A DNA stretch of 64,000 bases, the filler included, from Basidiobolus ranarum (taxonomy: Eukaryota), in the NCBI GenBank assembly GCA_040143965.1. It is 42 parts of 42 records of this genome, joined end to end, with 100 filler letters (N's around TTAATTAATTAA, not from the genome) between each part and the next. Parts side by side here need not be neighbours in the genome. Positions count along the whole stretch, not along the records: positions 1 to 1,435 come from JASJQH010012079.1; positions 1,536 to 2,969 come from JASJQH010012080.1; positions 3,070 to 4,502 come from JASJQH010012081.1; positions 4,603 to 6,035 come from JASJQH010012082.1; positions 6,136 to 7,568 come from JASJQH010012083.1; positions 7,669 to 9,101 come from JASJQH010012084.1; positions 9,202 to 10,633 come from JASJQH010012085.1; positions 10,734 to 12,165 come from JASJQH010012086.1; 34 more parts are not named here. One strand, given 5' to 3'. Below, one piece after another: positions 1 to 13,044 of this stretch. Under the pieces are notes generated by a model. That model had not been told where the DNA came from. It saw only the letters and a list, made by a program, of their open reading frames with translations, and ran no database searches. The number at the start of each line of letters is the position of its first letter. Position 1 is the first letter of the stretch. Position numbers and translations under genes: made by a program.

Positions 1-1435
1 AATTCAAAATTGTGCTTTAGGTAAAGGTTTGGTCAAGATGTCACAATCGTTTCTTTAGTAGGGCAATAGACAAGTGCAATTTTATCATTCTCTATTGTTC
101 CTCTAACAAACTAATGCCTAATATCTATCTGTTTTGTTCTAGCATGAAATGTAGGGCTTTTAGCTAATGATATACAACTTTGATTATCTTTAAATACAGT
201 AATAGCATATTTTTGCACCTATCCTAAGTCTTTAAATAACTTCCTTAACAACATAGCTTCTTGTGTAGTAGCAGATGCAGCAATATACTCTGCTTCTGTA
301 GTGAATAGTGCTATGGTTAGTTGCTTCTTACTATTCCAAGTTTGAACTACACTACCATTGAGAAAAGTGTACCCAGTTGTTGAACTTCAATCTTCAAGAT
401 TTCTTCTCCAGTCTGCATCACTGTAGCCTTAAACATTTTGTGCACCAGGAGTGGAAAAGAATTCCAGAACTTGATCTACAATTCTTCTTAAATTCCTGTA
501 TATTTGTTTTACTGCACTTTTGAGCTCAGATCCAGGTTTTTTGAGATCTTGGCTGACAGTTCCCACTGCCACAGCATTGTCTGAGCATGTTCCAGCCATT
601 GTATACATTAAACTACTTACCAAAGATTCATAATGGAACTCCTGGCTTTGATGTGAGACAAGTTGGGCCAAATTGGATGAAATTTTGTTTTATTACACAT
701 TGGAAACTATTGCTGCCATTGGTGTTGATACAGGCTTACTATTCTACACATTGAAGAATTTAGGACATCTAGGATGTATCTAGACTAATTCAGCATGATT
801 TTCTGACTGGTTTATTTCTCCTGATCTGGATTCTAAGGAAATAACTTGATTCACCCATATCAGTTATCTGAAATTGGTTAGCTAAGCTATTTTTACCTAA
901 TTAAGAGCTTCTAGATGGCTTGTGGCTATGATCAAGGCATCCACAAATAGTGCTGACATAAGGACCGTGTTTGCAGTTGTGTGATACAAATACTGTGATC
1001 TACTTTGCATTTTTGGAATTCTGGTGATTCCAAATAGGTATATATCTTGTTGTGCTATGCCCTGGGAGCTTGCTTGAGTTCTTATAGCTATTTTTGCAGT
1101 GTACTGACCATATCAGCATGTTATGAGTTAAAAAATCAATCTAGTTAGTCCATTTAGGTCTCTTATAGATATTCATTCAGAGAGGTTGTTGTACATCCAT
1201 TTGATTTAAATCAATGTTACCAAGTCTGGGATTAACCTTTTGCAACTGCTCTTGCTTTGTAACTTTCTACTATTCCATCAGCTTGGTTTTTGACTTTGAA
1301 GACCCATTTCCAGCCCATTGGCTTTCTTCCTGTTGGTAGAAGAGTTAAACCTGTGTTTTATAGTTCTCAAGTGAAGAAACTCACCAAACATTGTTTTTCC
1401 TCTACTTTTGACTCTGAATACTCCACAGATGGATC
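1..1435 (-). mobile_element. Degenerate Ty1/Copia reverse transcriptase-RNase H
   Basis: Minus-strand motifs WVFKVK, WNSKKQLTIAL-TTEAEY, FHARTK-IDIRH; many stops and frameshifts. Confidence 0.92.
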
Positions 1436-1587
1436 NNNNNNNNNNNNNNNNNNNNNNNNNNNNNNNNNNNNNNNNNNNNTTAATTAATTAANNNNNNNNN
1501 NNNNNNNNNNNNNNNNNNNNNNNNNNNNNNNNNNNTACATTGACAGACTAGGTTAAGGTTCCCTAGCAATATAGGCATAGCATACAA

Positions 1588-1660
1588 GGACTGATAGCTC
1601 AGTGGTTAGAGCACCTTGCTAGAGTGAAGGAGGTCCCAGGTTCAAAGCCTGGCCAGACCA
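1588..1660 (+). tRNA. tRNA-like gene or pseudogene, apparent anticodon AGA, short variable loop
   Basis: 73 nt; D arm GCTC-AGTGGTTA-GAGC, T arm CCAGG-TTCAAAG-CCTGG, A and B boxes; mismatches in acceptor and anticodon stems. Confidence 0.75.
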
Positions 1661-1687
1661 ATATTTATCCCTAAAATAATTTCAACA

Positions 1688-1964
1688 AATAAGACATACT
1701 TGTTATATAGATATAGAGATATTCCTATTTAGAATATAGGGGCTATAGATGTGTTGCTTTCTGTTTCTGATATATGTATCATAACTAAAGTTAACTATGA
1801 AGTTGAATAAAGATTATACAACATAATAAGACATACTTGTTATGTAGATATATAGGTATACCTAATTAGAATATAGGGGCTATAGATACATTGCTTTCTG
1901 GTGCTGATAAGTGTATCATCACTAAAGTAGACTAAGATATTGAATAAAAGTTAATAATCCAACA
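1688..1964 (+). repeat. Two tandem ~137-bp partial copies of LTR-like family G (also 2886-2969 and 55825-55942 on minus)
   Basis: AATAAGACATACTTG...CAACA unit repeated twice; dispersed copies in other contigs. Confidence 0.7.
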
Positions 1965-3068
1965 GGTTATCTTATATTTCACCAAGATTCTATTGAGTAC
2001 TATCAAACAAAGTTTACTTAAAATATTTTTACCAACTTAGAAGTTCTCAGATATATGGATTTTCAAACTTGTGCTGGAAGAGCCTTGTTGATGAAGCTCT
2101 GCTGTCCCTATAACCATAGCAGGAGGAAGTGGAGTTTTTGTTTTTGAAGAGGGAGTAAATCACACAGAGTTCAAGTGAAGGAAAAATTGAAGAGCAAGAA
2201 GTAGTATGTAATTATTTAGAAAGATTTACAAGCAAAGTATGGGTAAAATAGACTTGCATTCAGAATCACTAGGAAGTTGCTAGAGTCAAATTCATTACTA
2301 TACAAATTGGCAGATGTTAATTTAAACTTGATAAAACAATGTGATGCATAAAACTTTCACCATTTTAATCATTTTACAATCATCAAAACTGATAATATAT
2401 CTATATATATTCTTACATATGGTCATTAAGTATATAAGCTTTCAAGCTATATGAAATATAAGATAACAATTTTACAAATAAGAATATGTCTACACTTATT
2501 TTTCTACATATCCATATTTATCAATTGAATCTGTATTGATTTTCTAATAATATATATGAGGTACAAGAAGATATACTAAATAAGGAAAGCCCAAATTTTA
2601 CGAAATTATTGTTATTGCTTTGAGAAGCCTACTGTAATCTGAAAGAAAGTACCAGTATTTAGATATTTTGAATGTCATTTGGCTTTTTCAAAATGCTTCC
2701 AAACTTGCAAACCATTCCTTAATTTCATTAATATAGATGCTAGCATGATAGCGCTTATATGTTATGTAGCTTAATAGTAAAGCTTTATGCAGGAGCCAGA
2801 AAATTAAAAATCAGCTTTACAAGTACAGCAACAATACAAACCTATTCAGTTGTTCAGCAACATTTTGAAATATTGCCAAATGGACTGTATAATAGATAAG
2901 TAGGGGTAATAAGATATACTGGTTATATAGGTATAGAGATATTCCTAATTAGAGTATAGAGGCCATAGANNNNNNNNNNNNNNNNNNNNNNNNNNNNNNN
3001 NNNNNNNNNNNNNTTAATTAATTAANNNNNNNNNNNNNNNNNNNNNNNNNNNNNNNNNNNNNNNNNNN

Positions 3069-3433
3069 NAAAATACACTACATGTGGGATGACATGATTT
3101 GTTAGGTTTCATGGAATGTTCCAAAGAACAGACTTTGATATAAGGTAACCTGGATGGACTAACACAAGATTGCCAAGAAAGGATGGCATAAACAAAATGA
3201 TGTCATAATCTAACAATAGAAAGTTCTATTTGTAGCCAATGAGTATGCCAAGATCACAATCATGACAGTTTCCTCCCCATTAGTGATGGCTTCTTGACAA
3301 CATAGGGTCAGGTTCTTTTGGGTAGGCCTCATGAAACTACTGGCAAAGTTCCTTAGAATTGGAAAGATTTGTTGCTGGCTCCCATGATTGAGCATTTGAT
3401 TAATATCCCTTCCAGTCCACTAAATATTTCAAT
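3069..3433 (-). mobile_element. Chromovirus (Ty3/Gypsy) 3' end: chromodomain remnant, PPT and part of LTR D
   Basis: Minus strand reads KYLVDWKGY*SNAQSWEPATNL...FHEAYP, then GGGGGAGGAAAC followed by TGTCATGATT. Confidence 0.88.
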
Positions 3434-4502
3434 TATTGGGAAAATATGGGCTCTTTGGAGGAACTTTAGAAAAGTGGAGTTGTGAATAGCCTTGTGAGAT
3501 TATCATTTATTGTCCAGAAATAAAGCTTTTATACATTTTGATGGAAATACTGAAAACCAATACTGGGGTAGTGTTCAGAATGTCTGTGGGAGCAAAAAGA
3601 GCTATCTTTGTGGCAATTTGGATGATTTTGAAATTTCCAATATGGAATTGCTAATTCTCACATTATTCACATATATTTATAATATATGTTCAGATTTTCA
3701 GTTAAGTGATATTTGACCTACTAACATAAGCTAACTTAAATGTGATATATGAAATGCTTAGGTGTATAAAGATAGAGATTACAAATATGATAAAGACAAT
3801 AAACTTCAACACTCCAACTCAACCAAATAATCATATATCTTAATCCTAACTTGTATCTTAATTCTTTAAATTTTGCCTTAGGTAATGGTTTGGTAAGGAT
3901 GTCAGCAGTCATGTCCTCAGTTGGACAGTATGGTAATTGGACATGCTTATTCCCAATAGCTTCCCTAACAAAGTAATGTTGAATGGCAATGTTCTTAGTT
4001 TGAGCATGAAATTTAGGATTTTAAGCTAAAGAAATACAACATTGATTATCCTTAAATATTACTGTGGATGAACTTTGAAAAATGCCCAAGTTTTTGAGCA
4101 GCTTCCTTAACCACATAGCCTCCTTTTTTATATGTGATGCTGCCATTTACTCTGATTCAGTTTTTGAAAGCACTGCGGTGGGTTGTTTCTTGCTATTCCA
4201 TGATATGGCTGCTTCACTATAGAGAAAGGTATATTCAGTGATAGATCTTCTGTCCTTGATATCACATCCCCAATCTGCATTGCTAAGCCCAATTAGATCC
4301 GTATTCTCATAAGAACATGTGTACCTTGACCCCAGATCAATTGTCCCCTTCAAATATGTGAAAATCTACTTTACTGATGCATAATGCTCAGATCCTGGGT
4401 TTTGCACATGTTAGCTGACTACTCCCACTGCAAAATTCCAGTCATAGCATAGATCACACTACCTACCTTAGATTGATAAGGGAACTCAGGGCTTTCAAAT
4501 GA
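3434..4502 (-). mobile_element. Copia 3' end: RT/RNase H, PPT and full 378-bp 3' LTR A (3434-3811), inserted in a chromovirus
   Basis: SNADWG, ISWNSKKQPT, ADILTKPLP motifs; GTTGAGTTGGAG PPT abuts TGTTGAAG. Confidence 0.9.
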
Positions 4503-4602
4503 NNNNNNNNNNNNNNNNNNNNNNNNNNNNNNNNNNNNNNNNNNNNTTAATTAATTAANNNNNNNNNNNNNNNNNNNNNNNNNNNNNNNNNNNNNNNNNN
4601 NN

Positions 4603-4680
4603 TGTGACGGTTCTCTGACGGTTTTGCTATTTCGGAGGGTGGATCCGATCCGGATCAAATCAATTTTATTTTTGTTAGGG
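4603..4680 (-). mobile_element. CCCTA terminus (end F) of CACTA/CMC-like DNA transposon (also 53489-53885, 62400-62510, 62870-63225)
   Basis: Reverse complement begins CCCTAACAAAAAT; near-identical to 62400-62477; different flanks at each copy. Confidence 0.7.
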
Positions 4681-4894
4681 TTATGCCCTGATTTGAGACA
4701 TCCAAAGTCCTTGGTAGAATGGTTGGATGTTTCACTTACAAATTCCCATATCTATTTCCAATGTATCATTTACAAGTTGGTTTAGGCACTTGTTAGCTCA
4801 AGATTGGTTTCAGAGTTTGTCACCCACAATTTGAGTTATTGAGGAATTGATTTTTAGCCTAAATCAAATTCCCTTGATTAGAAGATTTGAGATT

Positions 4895-6035
4895 TTTGCA
4901 GGCACAATGCACTACCTTGCTGTAGATTTTGTCAAATCAATGAAGTTTACTGTATCTGGCATATCCATTACTACTATCAATATAAAACACTAAACTGCAT
5001 GATTTTACCAACAAGAGCTGGGTCAGATTTCCACATGCTCACTGATATCAACTCACCAAATAATCAGTCTAACAGCAAACTTGCAATTAACCATAAGCAT
5101 AAGATAATATTTCGAAAGGGGATCAGCTGGAGCCAGTGCTCCCCATTAAATATTATGTGACAATTCTGATCTTGGTATACTCATCCACTGCAAATACAAC
5201 TCTTCTATTATTATATTATGACATCATATATGCTATGCTATCCTGTCTTTATAATATTATGTTAGTTCATCCAGGTTAACTTATATGGAAGTCCTGTTCT
5301 TTAGAGCATTTCATGAAATCAAACCATTCATGTCCTCCCACACATAGTTTATATCTAAAAGGTCACCTGACCATCTGTACATCATCCTTACATCATCTCT
5401 CTTTATATTGGTCCTTGTGGTCCTCAATATCCCAACACTTAAACTTGCAACAGTATATCCCTAATTAATATATTATGTTTCACCCTGCAATATCTATATA
5501 AGCCCCATGTTTTCCTTGATCAAACCTCAGTATGATCAATGCCAGTTATCAATAAAGATTTTTGCCAAAGTATCTTCTGTGTCTAGTCTTGCCTTGTGGT
5601 CTACACCCAAGTACTCTCTGGCTTTGTAGCCTATTTTTGTTATTTCCAGTCCTTTTTCAGATCCTTATTGTTGCATTATGCATTTACTATTCAACAACAT
5701 TCCAATACTATTTACTCAGCTATATAGTGGAAAATTCAGTATGAATGAGCCATTTGAGGTAGGATCACAGCTTGAATCAATTGGGAAAATGCTTGTATAC
5801 ATAAAGATACCATCAAATTTTACCAGAACTCCCATCAATATCCACTCATCAAGCTGTTTATTCAAATACAAAGATGGGAAGTATTTAATTTGTATATATT
5901 CAATGGGATTTCTGCCTGATCACTATTGGCAACATTGGGAGTTGTTTGTGGATATTGTTAATATATTCTTACAGCATCAACTCACATTGGCAAATTACAG
6001 TCAGATACAGCAACTGTGCATAGATTGTGTAATTT
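4895..6035 (+). mobile_element. EnSpm/CACTA-like transposase remnant interrupted by solo LTR D (~5156-5675)
   Basis: HNALPCCRFC and KIPSNFTRTP...YWQHWELFVDIV; collinear with the uninterrupted copy at 58920-59473. Confidence 0.8.
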
Positions 6036-6134
6036 NNNNNNNNNNNNNNNNNNNNNNNNNNNNNNNNNNNNNNNNNNNNTTAATTAATTAANNNNNNNNN
6101 NNNNNNNNNNNNNNNNNNNNNNNNNNNNNNNNNN

Positions 6135-6274
6135 NCTTCTAAGGTGGATAGTGCATTGCTAGACTGCTCATTGATTAAGTCCTCTGTTCTTGCTAGTTTT
6201 TTTCCTCTTGTGCCAGCAGGCTTTGGCTTAGAGGCCAATTTTGACTTAGATTTTGAGCGCTTTTTGAATGGCAT
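6135..6274 (-). pseudogene. Transposon accessory ORF-X (basic N-terminus), divergent from the transposase; second copy 11470-12165 on plus
   Basis: MPFKKRSKSKSKLASKPKP...EQSSNALSTLE matches the decayed ORF at 11396-11713; same head-to-head arrangement with the transposase 5' end in both contigs. Confidence 0.6.
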
Positions 6275-6485
6275 TAAAGTTTTTGGATGGTAAACTTGGT
6301 GTAATGAAATTGCTTAGAAACAGCTTATAATAAACCAAAATTGCCATCCATTACCAAAATATTTTGTAAATCCCCTGATGACTCATCTGTGACACTGTCT
6401 TAGAATCAGCTGATGATATTGATGGACTATACCTAAAATACCACCCTTATGTGGGAGGTGTTCTTTTTTCCATAATATCCTTCTC

Positions 6486-7568
6486 ATGCCACAACACAAA
6501 TGTTTAAAGAAGCCCTGCTACTATTGTCACAAATCCTTGTGCTATGAAAGCCAGAGGCTTCATAGAAAAAATAATCACAAGCATGGTCACTGAACAAAGC
6601 CACCAGCTGCACAAAGCCTGGTGTATAACAACAGTAATAAGTACACTAAATTGACTTTAGTTTTGCCCATTGAGTCCAGTGACTGTAGTTTGCCTCAAAG
6701 TTTTGGTAACACTGCCAAAAGTCAAGAAACCGTGAAGTTACCACAGTTATATGACCAGAATGATGTAGGTCAAAATGCAACTTTGGTCAAACCAGTAAGT
6801 CCAGACAACTTTGAGGACTTGCTGCTAGATGTTGATCTTGGTTATTCCAGTACCAATGGTAGTATATCAGAAGTTGAAGAAGAAGACAACGGTTTTGTTA
6901 TGGACTCTTTGTTATTGGCAAACATTAGTCCACTCATAACACTTACTTTAAAGGCAGCAGCTTTGATTATTGAGGAGTGGAGAGTTCAATCCAATCTTAG
7001 CAACCAGATATTTGTTGGTTTTCTTACACTTTTACCACCGTTGATTGGCAACTGTTGCTTGCCACAGACCTGGTACAAGTGAAAAACACTTGTTAATTGT
7101 ATGACTTATAATACTTCAGTAATTAAACTATCAACATGCCCAAATGGTTGTTTGGCTTTCACCAGTGATCTGAAAAACCTGAACGCATTTACTGTTTGCA
7201 AATAATTGGCAATCACTGAATCAGATAAATATTGTTCATATTTGGCTTACATATCATCAATTCCCCATTTCAAAGTTTTGATGCAATCACCCAAATATAG
7301 ATAATTGATCCAATACCAAAGTACTCATCATAAAGCTGATGGTATTACTGATATACTTGATGGATAACACTACCAGAATCTGAAAAGTCAAGGTTTCTTT
7401 GAGAACATGTATGATCATGCATTTGCATTGGCTCTAGATGGTTTCTCACTTAACAACTATACCATTTGAAAGGCTTCCTGGCCAACAATTTTAATCAACT
7501 TAAATCTTCCTCCTTCTGAACGGTAAAAGAGTCATAATATTTTGAAATTATCAATCATATCTGCACCT
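6486..7568 (+). mobile_element. EnSpm/CACTA-like (Tnp2/Transposase_21-type) transposase N-terminal half, decayed; further copies 14080-14926(-), 20600-21088, 23741-24409, 45262-45771, 58722-59473
   Basis: CPNGC motif and DILDG...ALALDGF...SWPTILINLNLPPSER*KSHNIL, typical of CACTA transposases; N-terminal CxxC-H-H. Confidence 0.82.
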
Positions 7569-8231
7569 NNNNNNNNNNNNNNNNNNNNNNNNNNNNNNNN
7601 NNNNNNNNNNNNTTAATTAATTAANNNNNNNNNNNNNNNNNNNNNNNNNNNNNNNNNNNNNNNNNNNNCATAGTTGGTAAAAATGTTCCAAGTAAATTCC
7701 AATTGAGAATAATTGATAATATCTTAGTGAATTATAAGATAACTAAGTACTAAGCTATATATGACTATATAGGTGTTTAGGCAACGTTAATTTCAACAAA
7801 TATCTCATTATGTCCAGGTATTAGCAAAGAATTGTCTAATTACAGGCAATGATTGAAAAATCAGATTTTAAAGGATGGCCATTTGTCGTTGATTGCTTAC
7901 TTGTAATCAAAAGGTTATTATAACATCCTATTTATTTGTTATTTTCCATGATGCCCTCTCGGTAAAATGTACGGTCAATACCTAAAGTAAAGCATCATCA
8001 ATTATCATGCAATCATTTCATGGATAGTTTACTCCATTAATCCTAGTAATTTGATATATAGCGTAACTAACATTCATGAACTGATGCTATTCAAAAAAGG
8101 CTTGCTGCCCAAAAAGTGTCTAGATTGTAAATATTCTCGGCAAATATATATTTCCTGCTGAGCCTTTAAAGGTTCCTCTTGAAGTGTTTGTATATAAACC
8201 TCCGCAGTTGTTGCTAAATCTCCACCTGACC

Positions 8232-9101
8232 ATGCTATTCCATTGCATTTATCTTGTATTCTTTGGTGTCGCAACCTCTTTCCCCTGGGGGGATTGGGAT
8301 CAACCCGCAAAGCCTGCAGATCCGTATTACCCAATTGAGAACTCTGTTTTGTCCATGTTGAAGACCTCGGCCAAATATGCTTCTGCTGCCTACTGCCTTG
8401 AAGACAAAATTAAGGATTGGTCTTGTGGGGATCGATGCGTAGGGGACCTCAATGTTACTAGCTATTTTGAAAGTCAAGAAACGGAAATGGCTGGTTATAT
8501 TGGATACAATCAACTAGAGAAAAGGATCATCGTTAGTTTCAGAGGGTGAGTCAGTCTAATATTACTACTTTTTAGGATGTCACAAACTGATGCCCTATAC
8601 TTCCATTTTAGAACTTCCAATCTTGAAAATTGGATTATGAACCTGGACTTCTTCCCTCGGACATTTGCATACCCTAAAGCCCCTGTTGATACTAAGGTTC
8701 ATCGTGGTTTCTACGAAACTTACGTTAGTGTCGAAGAGCAGGTAAAAGCAGGGTTAGCCAAAACCTTGTCCATTATTGGGACCGATTCCTCTGATTATGA
8801 ACTTCTCATCACTGGACACTCTTTGGTAATAAAATATCAGTATATTCTCTCAGAAAGAAGATGTACTAATGACGACCTTTATTTAGGGTGCGGCTGTTGC
8901 CACATTGGGAGCCTTGGATATCAAACGGATATATCTCAATCCTGAACATCAAGATTCATTTGATGCTTCATTATTAAAAGTTGTTGATGCGAATAGGGTT
9001 CATTTACATAACTACGGATCACCTAGAGTTGGCGACGCCGCTTTTGCCAAGTTGGCCTACTCTACAATGACCAATGGTAACAGCGTCCCCGATAACGTTT
9101 G
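8232..9101 (+). CDS. Secreted triacylglycerol lipase, class 3 (3' truncated); exons 8232-8545, 8612-8825, 8887->9101
   Basis: Signal peptide; SAAYC, IIVSFRGTS, VHRGF, GHSLG (completed by splicing) and YGSPRVGD motifs; two GT-AG introns of 66 and 61 nt; TATA box at ~8191. Confidence 0.95.
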
Positions 9102-10733
9102 NNNNNNNNNNNNNNNNNNNNNNNNNNNNNNNNNNNNNNNNNNNNTTAATTAATTAANNNNNNNNNNNNNNNNNNNNNNNNNNNNNNNNNNNNNNNNNNN
9201 NTATCGTTGACCCATTATGTCTCATCTTTGTTGGTATATACTTGTGTAAAATAGAGGCCAAACATAAGTTCTCTTGTAAGTTTCACGTTTTCCCTCCGGT
9301 CAATATCTCTTTATGTAAAATGTATATTGTTTTCTCTTGTGGATTCTTTGTTGTATCCTCTCTTTTGTATACAATCCTTCGATTGATATCTTCAGTCTCC
9401 TCAATCCAGCTCTGATGTGCTATTTTCTGAAGTTAGAGCAGGTTTGAAGATCACTTAAACCAGTGTTTACATACTAACCTCATTCATAAATACATTCTTG
9501 TGTACACATGCCCTGTAGAGCAATATCTAAATATTTCCCATTTCTTTTCATTAAGCCCTACCACTATAAACTACCACTGTCTGTCTTTTGTGTATATGAA
9601 TCATTTTCTTTGTCAAAATATGTCGATTTTTTTTGCCGCATTAGTGCTCCTCTTTGGTGTATCTAAACTGTATAAAAAAGAATAAATCAAAGTTTGTCAT
9701 AGTGTACAAATAAAGTACTGTATGTTTCAAGCGTAGCTTTAAGTAGTCAGGCTATTTAACTTTTATTAATACGGCAGAAATATGTTAGAGTATAATATAG
9801 CCCCTGTCTCAGAGTATTTGCAAAAGTTGAACCATTCCATTATGCAACCAGTAATCATCGAACTCTAATGGATATAGTTTGAAGTCATAACAAAATTGCA
9901 TCATGCATTGCTACTTTGGACTCCTTTTATAGCCTATAAATTATACCTTAATGCGAATATAAACTCGGCATTTTAACACTGTATATGTGATGTCTTCACT
10001 TCATTTCAAATACTTCTCCCAGGTATAGAGTATTATTTGTAATGTACGCAATCAAATCAATATGGCATCATGAATCCACATTGCTATAGTTCATTACATG
10101 CTACCAATGAACCTCTGGACAGTAGGCAACTGGGGTTGTTTGCTTGTTTTGTATGACAGGAACACGTACTTCTGATAGTCTGCTTGTAGGTTTCATTATT
10201 GCTTTTGTGACATTGTTAGGATCTTGTCAACGCATCACCTTTGCACTTAGTGTTGGTAGTACACATTCCCCTTCACGGAAATACTCAAATATGATGAGAG
10301 AACTCGATTTAAACATACTTGTATCTATGTGCCGAAATACCAGAATAAAAAATAGCATTTAGCTCAGAAGAATAAAATTAGCCATCTTGGTATTAACTTT
10401 GGTGACATTGAAATTTGAATATTATTGGTGCTCTATTTTTGAACTAAGCAATAGTAAAATCAACATTTTTTACTAGCCTAGATGCACATATGAATGAGTT
10501 AGGCATGTAGCAATGTGGATAATGTTGAAGTTTATTGTCTTTATCATATTTGTTATCCCTATCTTTATACACCTAACTATTTCATATATCACATATTAGT
10601 TAGTCAACATTATTTAGTCAAATATCACTTAGCNNNNNNNNNNNNNNNNNNNNNNNNNNNNNNNNNNNNNNNNNNNNTTAATTAATTAANNNNNNNNNNN
10701 NNNNNNNNNNNNNNNNNNNNNNNNNNNNNNNNN

Positions 10734-11123
10734 ACTTGAGTGGGAGTGTTGAAGTATAATGTCTTCATCATAATTGTTATCTATATTGTTATACACCTAA
10801 CTACATCATTTATCACATATAAGTTAGTTATCATTACTTAGTCAAATATCATCTGACTGCAACTTGGAACAAATATTAAATATAGATGTGAATAACATTG
10901 GAATTAGCAATTCCATATTGGCAATTTCAACCTAATCCAAATTGCCTCAAAAATGGCTCATTTTACTCCTACAGATGTTCTTAACCCAACCCTAGTGTTA
11001 GTTTTCTGTATTTCCACTAAAATGTATAAGTGCTTCAATTCTGGACAATAAATAATTATATCACAAAGCTATTCACAAATTGACTTTTCTAAAGTTCCCC
11101 TAAACAGCCCATGTTTTCCAAAT
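10734..11123 (+). mobile_element. PPT plus Copia LTR A (other copies 10523-10633, 19922-20066, 21090-21351, 30044-30288, 54747-54911)
   Basis: TTGAGTGGGAG then TGTTGAAG...CCAAATA; aligns by eye with 3434-3811 and 38375-38753. Confidence 0.85.
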
Positions 11124-12265
11124 AGCTTTGTGCTGCTGGTGGCTTGGTACATTGACTGTGCTTATGATTATTTTTTCTATGAAGCCTCCAGCTTTTATAG
11201 CACAAGAAGTTGTGACAATGATAGCAGGGCTTCTTTAAATGTTTGTGGTGCAGCATGAGAAGGATATTGTAGAAAAAAGAATGCCTCCTACATCAGGGTG
11301 GTATTTTTGGTATAGCCCAACAATAGCATCAGCTGATCCTGATATGGTGTCACAGATGAGTCATCAAGGGAGCTACTAGAAATTTACGGCAATGAATGGC
11401 AATTTTGGTTTACTATAAGCTGTTTGTAAGTGATTTAATTATGCTAAGTTTACCATCTGGAAATTTCAATGCCATTCAAAAAGTGTTCAAGTTCAAAATC
11501 AAAATTGGCTTCCAAGCAAAAGCCTGCTGGTGCAAAAGGAAAAAACCGGCAATAACAGAGGACTTCATTGATGAGCAGTCTAGCAATCCACTATCCACTT
11601 TGGAAGACATGAACAAGCCAGAAACAAACTCAAATAATGATGAAGCATTGATCAATTTACCAGATGTGTTCCTTTCTAGCAATAGTGCAAGTAAAGAGAT
11701 TGACGCCCCTTAATTACGTAGTAAAAAAATAGTTCAGCAAAGTTCAACACAAACAGCATCAAGACCATCAACTTCAAAAATGGCTACTTTGCCAACTATT
11801 AAACAAAGCTCAACATAAAACATGAGCAGAAATATTATAACAAGGTAATTGCAGGCCAAACACCATAACAATTTGAGTGTGATCAAAAGTCAAAACTACA
11901 AAGTTGCAATTCAGGCCATGACCAGCAATAATGCAACAATACTGCAATTAATGCAGTTTTTGGAAGCAACTAGTCAACAGTTAGAGAGTCACTCAACAAT
12001 GATACAAGACCCTCAGAATGCTGTACTTGAGCTACAGTAACATGCTGCTCCCTCCATCCAATTTCATATAGGACAACAATCAATCCCACACCATACATAT
12101 GAACATCACCATGACAATCTAGCAGAGCAAAATATGTGTTGGACAATTAAGCCTACAAAATGAGCNNNNNNNNNNNNNNNNNNNNNNNNNNNNNNNNNNN
12201 NNNNNNNNNTTAATTAATTAANNNNNNNNNNNNNNNNNNNNNNNNNNNNNNNNNNNNNNNNNNNN

Positions 12266-12720
12266 GAGCCTCATTTTAAAAACATGTTTACTTTTTGTAT
12301 GCTTATAACTTAGACCACATCATGATATTTTTTACTTTTGAATTTAAAGGAGTTACAAAGACTTCTCATCCCTTGACATGCACTACAAACATGAGTCTCT
12401 TTTTAAAAACATACTAACTTTTGGCATGCATATAACACATACCCTGTAATGATATTTCACTTTTGACTTTATTGGGTTACAAGATTATGCATCTCTCAAT
12501 GTGCACTACAAATATGAGCAACTTTTTTGTAAAAACCTGTTTACTTTCAGCATTTTTATAACAATACTATGTCTTTATATCCTATTGCTGATTATGTAGG
12601 AGTTAAGAATATCATAAATCATTAAATGCACACTACAAATGTGATCAACTCTTTAAAAACTTTATTTTTTTGGCATGTGTAATACAATGACTATGTCATA
12701 ATTTTGCTCTTCATGTGATG
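12266..12720. repeat. Degenerate ~125-bp tandem repeat, 3-4 units
   Basis: Recurrent CACTACAAA(C/T)(A/G)TGA...TTTAAAAAC...TTT..GCAT at ~12380, 12502, 12630. Confidence 0.75.
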
Positions 12721-13044
12721 TTCTCAAACCTGAAAATATTTGAAGTTACTGAATTTCCATATCCACTATAATAGGGTGGCGCAAGTGACTACTAATGATT
12801 AACATGGTGATTACAGACAAGCCACTGCACATTACAATTACTCCAGAGAAATACAATGGCTATACTTTATGATAACAGCTGACATGTCAACATTTACAAA
12901 GTATACTATTGATGAAAGATGAGAGTAAAGATCATGGCTAGGTATGATAGTTGATATGATGAAGCGTGCATCATTTCCGCCTTTGCTATATAACTATGGA
13001 CATATCTTCTCAAAGATGATTTATTTAAAGGTTCAAGAAATATC

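Noticed and set aside
1614-1632. Possible amber (CTA) or Leu (TAG) anticodon in the tRNA-like gene
   Set aside because: Stem symmetry and U33 place AGA at the centre of the loop
1965-1975. CAACA-GGTTAT resembling a fourth half-tRNA PBS
   Set aside because: Continues as LTR B internal sequence (GTTATCTTATATTTCAC), not GAGCCC
4675-4680. TTAGGG at many repeat ends suggesting telomere addition or piggyBac
   Set aside because: Always a single unit within a 13-bp TIR-like sequence, with no telomeric array and no TTAA target site
8074-8513. Minus-strand ORFs over the lipase (likewise 33735-34034, 13059-13304, 25740-25934)
   Set aside because: Antisense shadows of better-supported genes
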